Assembly (NCBI GenBank): GCA_003141525.1
Contig: PLML01000190.1
Location: 8,165 to 69,588 of the forward strand
From: Bacteroidales bacterium
GTDB lineage: Bacteria; Bacteroidota; Bacteroidia; Bacteroidales; VadinHA17
Length of the DNA stretch: 61,424 bases
Direction of reading: 5' to 3'
The notes below the pieces were generated by a model. It was not told the DNA's origin and made no database searches. It saw only the letters and a list, made by a program, of their open reading frames with translations. Shown piece after piece: positions 19,114 to 28,291 of this stretch (position 1 is its first letter; each line of letters starts with the position of its first letter). The position numbers were made by a program, and so were the translations under genes.

Positions 19114-20298
19114 CTAGGGGGCAGGAGGCAATGAAAGTGGATTCCAGTCAAATCCCGATCTCACAGAGCTTCTTATCAATAATATAATTGCAAGCAGAAC
19201 AAAGCCAATATTGAAATCCTGTGGTAAAATGTAGTGAAGAACAATAAAGCCAGCAGAAATATAAAATACAATCCTGAACCAGAGTATTCTGGTTTTATTC
19301 AGGATCAGCATGACAAGACATACAATGATAAAGGGATTCAGCCATATGATATTCAGGTTGCATTTCATCTGCTCATGATCGGTGAAAAAGTTGAAGAAGA
19401 TCATTAAAATTGAAAGAATTGAAAAAACCGAATAGATAACAATATCAATTATCCTGATAATCTTTCTGCTTTTTGTCAGGGCTGTCTGGATCAGAATCAG
19501 AATGATCGCAAAAGTAAAGATGAAAGGCGGAGAAATCAGGAACTTTTGCCTTATTAGAGGTGCATCAAAATCCAGAAGCATCTCCGGATTCTGAAGCAGA
19601 GGGATCATTTTATCAAATCGGTGCACTACAGTTTTTGACAATTCATCCTTCATATCGATTGGAAGGAACATCCTGTCTCTGAAAGACGCTCTTTTATCAG
19701 CTGATGATCCCATTAACAGATCAACTCCGAATTTCAACCAGGGGTAAGGATTCTGATATTTGCCTACCAAATCCCTGAAAGTAGGAAGTTTCCCCGGTTC
19801 AGGAGGAGGATATTTTAGTTTATCACCGATGGATTTTTCAAGGAGATCTCTAATCCTCGTAGTACAGTCATCGTAGAAAAAATCGTACCTGTACCTGACA
19901 TTCTCAGGTTTTAGATTTTCATTTATGAGCTCAGTTAGTTTCTGTGTCTCCTTTGTATCAATATTAATTCTTTGAGAATAAACGTACCTCTTTTCAAAAA
20001 AATACCCTTTCAGGAAACCCTTAAAAATTTCTGTGTCAAGCATATAATCTAACCTGCCCTTAGCGAATTTCCAGGCAAAATGTGTAGTATTGAAATCGAA
20101 TACACCCCAATTATAAACAATATCTGTTTTTTTTTCAGGGATTACAATCCGTAATGCGCTGTGACCATATATTGAATAGGTTTCGGTCCCGGGTCCGCAT
20201 GTAATCAAATAAATCAGAGTATCATCAGATGGCTGAGAAAAAACTACGCGACAATATCCCAGTAATATAATCGAGCAGAAAACAAATATCCTCTTCAT
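19114..20298 (-). CDS. Membrane protein with an N-terminal periplasmic domain resembling DUF4105/Lnb, plus C-terminal TMs
   Basis: Signal peptide MKRIFVFCSIILLG, then LITCGPGTETYSIYGHSALRIV...YNWGVFDF. Four or five C-terminal hydrophobic helices. The track start at 20337 is an alternative. Family assignment is from memory of the motif only. Confidence 0.55.
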   Translation of the reverse strand: MKRIFVFCSIILLGYCRVVFSQPSDDTLIYLITCGPGTETYSIYGHSALRIVIPEKKTDIVYNWGVFDFNTTHFAWKFAKGRLDYMLDTEIFKGFLKGYFFEKRYVYSQRINIDTKETQKLTELINENLKPENVRYRYDFFYDDCTTRIRDLLEKSIGDKLKYPPPEPGKLPTFRDLVGKYQNPYPWLKFGVDLLMGSSADKRASFRDRMFLPIDMKDELSKTVVHRFDKMIPLLQNPEMLLDFDAPLIRQKFLISPPFIFTFAIILILIQTALTKSRKIIRIIDIVIYSVFSILSILMIFFNFFTDHEQMKCNLNIIWLNPFIIVCLVMLILNKTRILWFRIVFYISAGFIVLHYILPQDFNIGFVLLAIILLIRSSVRSGFDWNPLSLPPAP

Positions 20299-20429
20299 GA
20301 TTTTTCTCTTTTTGTAAACGTAATGGATTTTTATCATAAATAAAAGTTTGTTAGCTTTACGACCGCTTTAAACTGAGGAGATAAATTCTCTGAAAAAGGA
20401 ATCTATTTTAAGCATTTAAATATAGCAAC

Positions 20430-21230
20430 ATGAAAAGAATCGCGGTTTCAATTATTGGGTTAATATCATTTACATTTTGCAATTGTCAGAATAACAGCCC
20501 TTTTCCCTTAACTGACCTTCATGTCCATTGCAAAGGAGGTTTTACGATTGAGGATGCAGTTATAAAATCCAAAAATGAAAATATCAGTTATGGAATTGTC
20601 ACAAATGTCGGTATAGGATTCCCTGTTCACAACGATAGTCAAATTGATTCTGTTATAAATTCTCTTAAAAATTACCCTCAGTTCTTAATAGGTATGCAGG
20701 CTGAAGGCAGAGAATGGCTGAATAATTTTTCAAAAGAGTCTATAAGTAAGTTCGATTACGTATTCACAGATGCAATGACCTTCACAGATGCGAAAGGAAG
20801 AAGGAACAGAATATGGATTCAGGCCGAAACCTGGATCGATAATGAGGAAGAGTTTATGAATTACCTTGTGAATACAATAGTTAAAATATTAAGTACCGAA
20901 CCAATAAATATGTACGTAAATCCAACCTATTTGCCAGCCCAGATGGCTGACAGATATGACTATTTCTGGACTGAGGAGAGAATGGACAGGGTTATTAAAG
21001 CTGCAAAAGATCATAATATTGCAATAGAGATAAACAACAGGTTTAAAATTCCATCTGCTAAATTTATAACCAGGGCAAAAAATGCCGGTGTAAAATTTAC
21101 AGTTGGAACCAACAATATGGATTCTAATTTCGACGGGGCTGCTTATGCTATTGAAATGATAAATAAATGTCATCTGACTCCGGCAGACTTTTACCAGCCT
21201 GTCAATAAAAGGCAGAATGGGAAGCTTTGA
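20430..21230 (+). CDS. Secreted hypothetical protein, possibly a PHP-like metal-dependent hydrolase
   Basis: Signal peptide, then DLHVHCKGG, which resembles the PHP N-terminal His motif. The assignment is weak. Confidence 0.45.
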   Translation: MKRIAVSIIGLISFTFCNCQNNSPFPLTDLHVHCKGGFTIEDAVIKSKNENISYGIVTNVGIGFPVHNDSQIDSVINSLKNYPQFLIGMQAEGREWLNNFSKESISKFDYVFTDAMTFTDAKGRRNRIWIQAETWIDNEEEFMNYLVNTIVKILSTEPINMYVNPTYLPAQMADRYDYFWTEERMDRVIKAAKDHNIAIEINNRFKIPSAKFITRAKNAGVKFTVGTNNMDSNFDGAAYAIEMINKCHLTPADFYQPVNKRQNGKL

Positions 21231-21861
21231 TTTAGCTAGGGCATTAAAGTTTCTGCCCGGTATAATTCTTGGATTGACTGTCCATGAATACTGTCATGCA
21301 TTAGTTGCCCATATGTGCGGAGATTCAACTTCGAAAGATCAGGGCAGAGTCACACTTAATCCATTAAAACACATTGATCCTCTTGGGTTTATAATGTTAA
21401 TATTTGTCGGGTTCGGATGGGCCAAACCTGTGCAGTTCAACGAGCAGAATCTCAGAAATCCCAGGACAGATGTTATTAAGATTGCATTAGCAGGACCATT
21501 ATCGAATGCGGTGATAGCGATGGTACTTTCTGTTTTATTCTCCTTAATATCATCTTCTGTGCATAATCACTTAACACCGGTTATGCAGATATTATCAGAA
21601 GTTTTTATTTATGCTATTTATATAAACTGGGGACTTTTTATTTTCAACCTCATTCCCTTACCACCTCTTGACGGTTCTCATCTTTTATTATCTCAGTTTA
21701 AAAGATTTCCGATACTCTATAACGGATTATATAAATATGGTTCCCTCCTTCTGTTCGGATTAATTTTGATAACCTTCCTGACCAGGATAAATGTTTTTCC
21801 GATATGGCCGGTTATACAATTTTTTGGCAAAGGATTTCTTTCACTTGTCGGATACAGATAA
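21217..21861 (+). CDS. Site-2 protease family (M50) zinc metalloprotease
   Basis: HEYCHALVAH (HExxH) within a TM segment, plus NLIPLPPLDGSH (NxxPxxxLDG). Confidence 0.85.
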   Translation: MGSFDLARALKFLPGIILGLTVHEYCHALVAHMCGDSTSKDQGRVTLNPLKHIDPLGFIMLIFVGFGWAKPVQFNEQNLRNPRTDVIKIALAGPLSNAVIAMVLSVLFSLISSSVHNHLTPVMQILSEVFIYAIYINWGLFIFNLIPLPPLDGSHLLLSQFKRFPILYNGLYKYGSLLLFGLILITFLTRINVFPIWPVIQFFGKGFLSLVGYR

Positions 21862-22252
21862 CAATCTATTGCTGACTCATGTCATTTCGCCCGGCAGGGA
21901 TAATAATTGTAGCATTTTGAATCAAAATGTTGTAGCATAATACTACAATAATAATCTGCCCTATATTCTGTTTAGATTATAAATATCATTATATCATATA
22001 GTTAGAATATATGGTCTGATTATTGAGTATCTTCCACGTTAAGGTGTTAACCGGATTGGATCTTTACAACAGGAAATGCACTAATAAATATCGACACAAA
22101 CATTAATAAATAAAACCTGTAATACTAAAACAGCATATCATACAATAAGATTATTGATTAGTCATATTAGTCGTTTTATGCAAGAAGAGACAAACTTTTT
22201 ATTTATAATTTTCAGAACACCACATCAACGAAAAAAGATTAGGAGGCGCGAA

Positions 22253-22966
22253 ATGACGAAAGTAACATCAGCTCTGGAAACATTTGGACGAAACATCCTT
22301 CTTTCCAGTAATTCGAAACGGAAAGAATATGATTTTGTCTGGAAACATTTATCTTCTTGTCAGAAGATTCTGGATGTCGGCTGCGGAGTGGGATTATTCT
22401 TACATTATGCACCTGATAGGATTATCGGAATTGACATTAACCCGCACAATGTGAACTTCTGCAAATCCAAAGGTTTGCAGGCATTCGTCGGCGATGCGCT
22501 CATCCTGGATTTTCCCGATGACTCCTTTGATGGTGTCCATTCATCGCACGTCATGCATGTATTTACCCCGCATCAGGCTATGACCTTTGTCAAGGAAATG
22601 TGCAGGGTTTGCAAGCCGGGTGGTAAGATTGTAGTTACACTGAAACACGATCACCCCTACTTTTGGCAGAATCCGGAAAACAGCCGTCCTTATCCCCCCT
22701 CTGTCTTTTATGAAATGTCAAGACCACAGGCTTCAACTGAAAAGCCAAGAAATAATCCAATGTGGGATGATTTGCCGCAATTCGAGCCTGTTGACATAAA
22801 CTATCGTCATCCTCCGCTTTATTACGTCATGATGTACAGGTCCCGTAATCGTCTGCGTGTCTCAATGGCGCTCAATGTTCTGCAGTGTAAATTTGGGCTA
22901 AAAAAATACTGGACATTCGATGCCTATTCCATTGTTCTGGAAAATCGGAAACAGCTGTCTGCCTAA
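22253..22966 (+). CDS. Class I SAM-dependent methyltransferase
   Basis: Motif I ILDVGCGVGLF. The ATG at 22253 is preceded by AGGAGG with 6-nt spacing, so I prefer it to the track's non-ATG start at 22154. Visibly higher G+C than its surroundings. Confidence 0.85.
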   Translation: MTKVTSALETFGRNILLSSNSKRKEYDFVWKHLSSCQKILDVGCGVGLFLHYAPDRIIGIDINPHNVNFCKSKGLQAFVGDALILDFPDDSFDGVHSSHVMHVFTPHQAMTFVKEMCRVCKPGGKIVVTLKHDHPYFWQNPENSRPYPPSVFYEMSRPQASTEKPRNNPMWDDLPQFEPVDINYRHPPLYYVMMYRSRNRLRVSMALNVLQCKFGLKKYWTFDAYSIVLENRKQLSA

Positions 22967-22979
22967 ACATATGCTGACA

Positions 22980-23603
22980 TTATTTAACTGCAAAAAATGA
23001 ACTAATTGAGATCCCAATCACTTTGTTTTTAATTTCCGAATCAACTGCTGTTGAAGGTAATACATTCAACAGACCAATTCCATATTGAGCAGAAATCATG
23101 AATCCTCTTATATTTACTCCGGCTCCAAAATTTAACCCGATATCAAAAGGTTTCAAATCTTTGTTTTCACCCGATCCGAAACTTAAATATTTAAATCCAC
23201 CTTCTGATTGTATCTTATAACCCCCTATACCACATGCGAAATATGGGCCGGCAAACAGAGATATTTTTAACGCATCTGAACCAAAGCTATATACGGCTAT
23301 AACAGGAATCTCAAGGTAAACAGGAGCTAAAGAAAACTCAGTAGAATCGATTTTAAAATTTGAACCTTTAGCAGAAAGCAAAAGGCCTGGTTGCAACACA
23401 AAATTACCGCTTAACGGAATTTCTAAAAATCCACCAAAATGAATACCTGCCGGTGTCTTTGGTTTGGAACTTATACCTTTGGTTTTCAATGTCACAGTTG
23501 ACAGATTCAAACCAAATATATATCCAGGCTTAATCTGGGCATAGATGTCTGTAAAAGAAACCATTATGAGAATTGCAAGTGCAAATTTCAGATATATTTT
23601 CAT
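22980..23603 (-). CDS. Small outer-membrane beta-barrel protein (OmpW/porin-like)
   Basis: Signal peptide, alternating hydrophobic beta-strand pattern, and an aromatic near-terminal residue (..SSFFAVK). Confidence 0.65.
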   Translation of the reverse strand: MKIYLKFALAILIMVSFTDIYAQIKPGYIFGLNLSTVTLKTKGISSKPKTPAGIHFGGFLEIPLSGNFVLQPGLLLSAKGSNFKIDSTEFSLAPVYLEIPVIAVYSFGSDALKISLFAGPYFACGIGGYKIQSEGGFKYLSFGSGENKDLKPFDIGLNFGAGVNIRGFMISAQYGIGLLNVLPSTAVDSEIKNKVIGISISSFFAVK

Positions 23604-23647
23604 TTATATATCAATTTAATATTGAAGTTAGTATGCAAATCTTTTGT

Positions 23648-23687
23648 TATTGTTCTATCGTTCTATTGCCCTATTGCTCTATGTTTT
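23648..23687. repeat. Five imperfect tandem copies of an 8-bp unit (TATYGYYC)
   Basis: TATTGTTC TATCGTTC TATTGCCC TATTGCTC TATGTTTT, located 45 bp upstream of the OMP gene start at 23603. Confidence 0.6.
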
Positions 23688-23947
23688 CGTCCATTATCTT
23701 TTATCCAAAGTTACACCAAGTAAAACCCTAAGTCAATTTTATTTTAGCAGTGATTATACTCTGATTTTAACTGGATCAACTTTGAGGAAGCCGATAATGG
23801 AGTCAGTTCCGGGACTTATTGTTTAAAATTACAAGAGCAACAGTCTTGAAAGCAGGTTATTATTGTGCTTCAACAATTATTTCTTAATTTTGGGTTTAAC
23901 ACGACCTAAACTTTCTTCAGATCGTCTAATATTTAAAGGTTAACAGT

Positions 23948-24778
23948 ATGAAAAATAAGATCAGTTTTCTGGAAATTAGTCTGCTTTTAGTAATATTAAG
24001 TATCATTAATGGATGCACAAAAAATGTTTTTGTTCCTAACCAAAATAACTTTTTGAAACAAGTCAAAAGTGATGGCTATGTTGTTGAACAAATATCCTAT
24101 AACCAGAATAAACTCGTTGCAGAAGTGAATAGCACTACGTTCTATAGAAAATTTCTTTATGATAATAATAAAAGACTAATTAAGGAAGAAATTGCTGCAT
24201 CACCTGATATGTTGAGTTCATCTATGGCCATAGGGATGACTCATGAATTTGTTGATCCTGACAAGGCAGGCATTTCGATGTACCTGGTTTATGTGTATGG
24301 GGATAATGGGTATCTCACAAGACAACTATGTTATGTTTCTGAAAACGGACAATTTGAATTTAGGTCCATGAGAACGTTTGAGTACAATGACAATCATTTG
24401 GTTTCAAAAGTACTTCTGCATGATAGTGACAGTACAGTTACACAATTTTTCACTTATCAATATGACAATAGCGGAAATGTAATTGAAGAGAACTATTTCA
24501 CTTATTTATTTGTACCGGCCGGAACCGGTCCAAAACAATTAAGCAAAACAACTATTGAATATGATTCATATTTCAACCCGTTTAAGATTTTTTCACAAAC
24601 AGCAAGTCCTGGCATTTATACAAACACCAATAATATAATCAGAACGCAGAGCATTTCATACGAACATACGCCAGGATTAAGTGATTATTCTGAATCTGTA
24701 TTTTCTTATGAATATAATCTTGAATCTGGATATCCTGTTAAGTTAAAAGACGGAGAAGAGTATATCTACGATTTATAA
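23948..24778 (+). CDS. Lipoprotein with YD/RHS-repeat-like motifs
   Basis: Signal peptide with lipobox (ILSIINGC). Motifs YQYDNSGNVIEENYF, FLYDNNKRLIKEE and FEYNDNHLVSK resemble YD repeats. Confidence 0.55.
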   Translation: MKNKISFLEISLLLVILSIINGCTKNVFVPNQNNFLKQVKSDGYVVEQISYNQNKLVAEVNSTTFYRKFLYDNNKRLIKEEIAASPDMLSSSMAIGMTHEFVDPDKAGISMYLVYVYGDNGYLTRQLCYVSENGQFEFRSMRTFEYNDNHLVSKVLLHDSDSTVTQFFTYQYDNSGNVIEENYFTYLFVPAGTGPKQLSKTTIEYDSYFNPFKIFSQTASPGIYTNTNNIIRTQSISYEHTPGLSDYSESVFSYEYNLESGYPVKLKDGEEYIYDL

Positions 24779-24901
24779 TAAACTACCTATAGCTCGTTTG
24801 GTGCTGACAATTACCCAGGTACGTCTTATTCTTGTCGTGACTAGTATCAACAAATTGGTTATAGTCATTTTAATTTTATTTATAAACAAACACATAATCA
24901 A

Positions 24902-25324
24902 ATGAAAACATTTCGTTCTGCCAAATTGATTGTTTTATTCCTTTTATTTTGTTCAAATGGCGTAAAGGCACAAACCATGCAGACAAAACTCAATCAGGTC
25001 GAGTTGATGAAACAATGGATAGGTTCCTGGAGAACTGAAGGTACATACATATCTTCTGAAATCCACTCTTTTGGAATTGATGGTTTGGAAGGATTTCAAA
25101 AAACACAATTCAAAGATTCAATTGCATCTGAACATAAGTTCATTTATGGCTATGACAAAAAAAGTGATAAATATATATCAGCTTCTATTAGTAAAAATAA
25201 TCCTGGCGTATCACTTATGGTATTTTGGTTCACATCGGAAAATACATGCGAAAGAATTCCATTTGAATCCGCTGAGATAAAATGTTTCAATTATTTTCAA
25301 TTATCTACCTCACATCATATCTGA
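24902..25324 (+). CDS. Small secreted hypothetical protein
   Basis: Signal peptide MKTFRSAKLIVLFLLFCSNGVKA. The last 20 nt overlap the convergent permease gene. No family recognised. Confidence 0.45.
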   Translation: MKTFRSAKLIVLFLLFCSNGVKAQTMQTKLNQVELMKQWIGSWRTEGTYISSEIHSFGIDGLEGFQKTQFKDSIASEHKFIYGYDKKSDKYISASISKNNPGVSLMVFWFTSENTCERIPFESAEIKCFNYFQLSTSHHI

Positions 25325-26696
25325 CAAACAATAGAAACGAAATAAAAAATAATATAGCAGTATAGGCTAGTAAAAGTGCGATATAAATTCCACTCTGGGA
25401 TATTCTTGTAGCGAAGGGAATTAGTTTCTCTGTATAAACGGGTACTTCTCCAATGGGCACTGACTTCCACGAGGTAGAATAATTTTCATTCGGATTGTAC
25501 CAATGCGGACTTTTCGGATCTTTGATATCGATGGCTTTAAACCAGGCCAGAAACTGACTTTGATATGTCTGAAGGTCGTTCCAATTCTTCTTCAGCCTGA
25601 GATATCCACCTCCAAGGTCCACTTCATTCAGATTATCGAATTGAGCAATTGGCGAAAGCAGCGTAAACCTTCTGGTTTTCTCAAACTGGCTAAACATATC
25701 ATTTATATAGCTCAAGGTAAACTTCTTGTCATTCTCCATAAGTTTCATTTGTAAATCGGCACGAAGTTTATGCCTTTCATAAAAGGGATCTCCGCTTGAC
25801 GACCAGCTTCCCGGAGGAGCATTTTTACACAGGTCCTCATATCCCTGCTGTATTTTTGCTTCTATTTCGTTTCGATGTTCAATAGGGAATAGTTTATTTG
25901 CCCAGTAAACAGAAGTGTTTGGAATAATAATGGCAAAAAACAACCAGAAACTTAAGGAGACCAAAAGGCTCACACTGGAATTATGGGAAACAACGGACGA
26001 CAATAACCCAATTGCTGTAATCAGCACGATGAGTAAAAACGTAATTATAACGAAACCAGCTGCTTCCGATAAAAAAACAGTGTTTACCTGTATCTTTCCT
26101 GAAATACCAATTATTAGAATGCTAATGAGGATGCCAAGAATAGTTGTGACTGTAATTACGGATAGTATAGCTGCATATTTGGCCCATAAAATACTACCGC
26201 GTGAAACAGGATTTGAAAGAGCAAGACAAAGGGTATGATCTTCCTTCTCGCCAGAAATGGTATCGAAAGCAAATAACAAGGCCAGAAAGCTCATGCAAAC
26301 TGACACAATGAAGGACCAGTTGAGGCTTTGCACCGGTTTAAGCAAAGGATTTACATTATCGTGCCTTACTTCCATATTGAATACATTATATGCGCTGTAT
26401 ATAAATTGGTTTGGGAACATATTTTCCTTGCAATCGGAAATAATTGAATTGGAACGGGGCTCCAATACATAATTTTTGCGGCGTGTAGCCAGGTCAGATG
26501 CATTTTTGGCTTGTTCTTCCAGGTTTTTCAGATGTTCTTTATGATATACAAAATAGTCGGCTTTTTCTTCGGAATACAACCGGATAAAAGCAATTGACCC
26601 GATTATAAATACCAGCAATACAATTATGAGCGAAACCTGGAACCTGAAGCTGTAAAGCAATTGTTGTATTTCTTTGATAAATAAGGTACTAAACAT
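25305..26696 (-). CDS. Large ABC-2-type permease paralogue (P7; B-type, paralogue of 28292-29713)
   Basis: Predicted layout: TM1, a loop, four clustered TMs, a ~170-aa soluble insert and a final TM. Shares FKAID..DPKSPHWYNP with P5. Ends RYDVR-stop. Confidence 0.8.
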   Translation of the reverse strand: MFSTLFIKEIQQLLYSFRFQVSLIIVLLVFIIGSIAFIRLYSEEKADYFVYHKEHLKNLEEQAKNASDLATRRKNYVLEPRSNSIISDCKENMFPNQFIYSAYNVFNMEVRHDNVNPLLKPVQSLNWSFIVSVCMSFLALLFAFDTISGEKEDHTLCLALSNPVSRGSILWAKYAAILSVITVTTILGILISILIIGISGKIQVNTVFLSEAAGFVIITFLLIVLITAIGLLSSVVSHNSSVSLLVSLSFWLFFAIIIPNTSVYWANKLFPIEHRNEIEAKIQQGYEDLCKNAPPGSWSSSGDPFYERHKLRADLQMKLMENDKKFTLSYINDMFSQFEKTRRFTLLSPIAQFDNLNEVDLGGGYLRLKKNWNDLQTYQSQFLAWFKAIDIKDPKSPHWYNPNENYSTSWKSVPIGEVPVYTEKLIPFATRISQSGIYIALLLAYTAILFFISFLLFVRYDVR

Positions 26697-26714
26697 AGCT
26701 TAATAAATTAAAGG

Positions 26715-28268
26715 TTAGCGTAACTGGTAACGTTTAAATACTATAATGCCGCCTGAAAACAAAAGAATTGAGATTACGATAAATACAGCTATTCCTGATA
26801 ATGCGTCATTTAACGATTTATCAATTCCTGCCGGCTGATCATTAAACTGTGGTACATCCTTCAGGTCGAGCGTATTAAAATGGTCAGGAACTTTATTATT
26901 CCCTTTTATATATTCGGCAGTGCTTACAAATGTTGCAGGATCCTACGGTGTGAAATAGATATATTTTTCGAACAACTTTTTTTCCTTAAGGAATGTTACA
27001 ATGGTTTCGCGGTATCGCCGCATTTCATCCATATAGCGGAGAAAGTCTTTTTCGCTGCTTCGACATAAGCAGGATGCAGCCTGGACGAATATTTCGGAAG
27101 GAGAAAACCAGGAAAGGTTTTGCTCCACTTTTTGCTGCCGGATTAGCCCATCGAGATATTTTTTTTGAATCGGCCATTTACGATCGGCATACAAGAGTCG
27201 AACAGGTTCCTTCCAGGTATTTAACTGCCGGTGGAATTCCATCGTTTCAGATGGGCTTCCATACGTTTCGAAATAACCATCTTCCCCTCCTGTTGCATTC
27301 CACCAGCTTGTTCCTTTCATATTTAAACTCTTCTGGATTGCATCCCACTGTTCACCTTCTTTTTTCCCATATTCTTTATCCAGGTCATCCAGGGAATTCC
27401 TTACATTATCGTACAAATCTATTTTAACAATGCTTTTCGATAAATAGGAACCAGAAACAGGCCACAAGAAAACAAACCAAATCCAGAATAACATGCTCAA
27501 TACGATGGCTGTTGACGAATGCTTTACCATCGCTGAAATAAATGTTCCCGCAAGAATAAAAATAAGCACGTACAGTATGGAAAAAATAAAGAGTATTATT
27601 ACCCTCATCCAGTCGGAAACCTGCAATTTTATATCCGGGGACAGGACTATGAACAAAGACGAAAGCAGGAAGCAAAAAACAAGTATTGGTAAAAGACTGA
27701 TTAATACACCTGTTATTTTTCCAATCAAAAATGAAATCCTGCTGTTATAGTTAGTAAATATCAGCTTTAAGGTACCGTCTTCATGCTCGCGGGTAATCAG
27801 GTCGTAGGAAAATACCAGAGCCAGTAACGACAATACAATAGATAAAACAGTTATAAAATCGAGTGAGAAAAAAGCATTAAGTAAAGGATTATCGCGGGTT
27901 GATGCATGTCCGGTTGGGAAAAAAGGGTATTCCTGAAGGTATATCTTGACCTTGTTTCCTACATTCTGGTTTATGCCTTTGTAAAATATACCAAGAGGTT
28001 CGGGATACTTTACAATTTCAGGTTTCAGGTTTGAATACACCTTTATTTCCTTCCATTCTTTTTCGGATTTCTCTTTATCGACTGCGTAAATACGAAGCTG
28101 GCTTTTATATTCATCAATGCTTACCCTTATGGTAAAAGGTACCAGGATAAGACAAATCAGTACCCCAATAATAAACCTTGCTGAAAAAATATTCAGCAGA
28201 AAGTCTTTTTTTGCAATATGCCAGATCATGATATGATTTTTTTTAGTTAAAGGATTTATTTTAAACAT
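26715..28268 (-). pseudogene. ABC-2-type permease paralogue (P6; A-type, paralogue of 29744-31327) interrupted by an in-frame TAG at 26943-26945
   Basis: The track ORF stops at 26943. The same frame continues for 75 more codons (DPATFVSTAEYIKGNN...GIAVFIVISILLFSGGIIVFKRYQLR-stop at 26715). This restores the last TM and a terminal motif homologous to P4. Confidence 0.75.
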
Positions 28269-28291
28269 CCATGATTAAAGGTTAATGTTCC

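Noticed and set aside
24902-25324. 20-nt overlap of convergent genes as a possible antisense regulatory arrangement
   Set aside because: The overlap is just the unconserved tail of a weakly supported small ORF running until the first stop inside the permease 3' end. Nothing points to function.
26943-26945. The idea that TAG is reassigned or recoded genome-wide (for example pyrrolysine or a stop-codon reassignment)
   Set aside because: TAG terminates several well-defined genes in this window at positions consistent with homologue lengths and operon spacing (25305, 16833, 19114, 37189). The internal TAG in P6 is therefore treated as a local lesion or a leaky stop.
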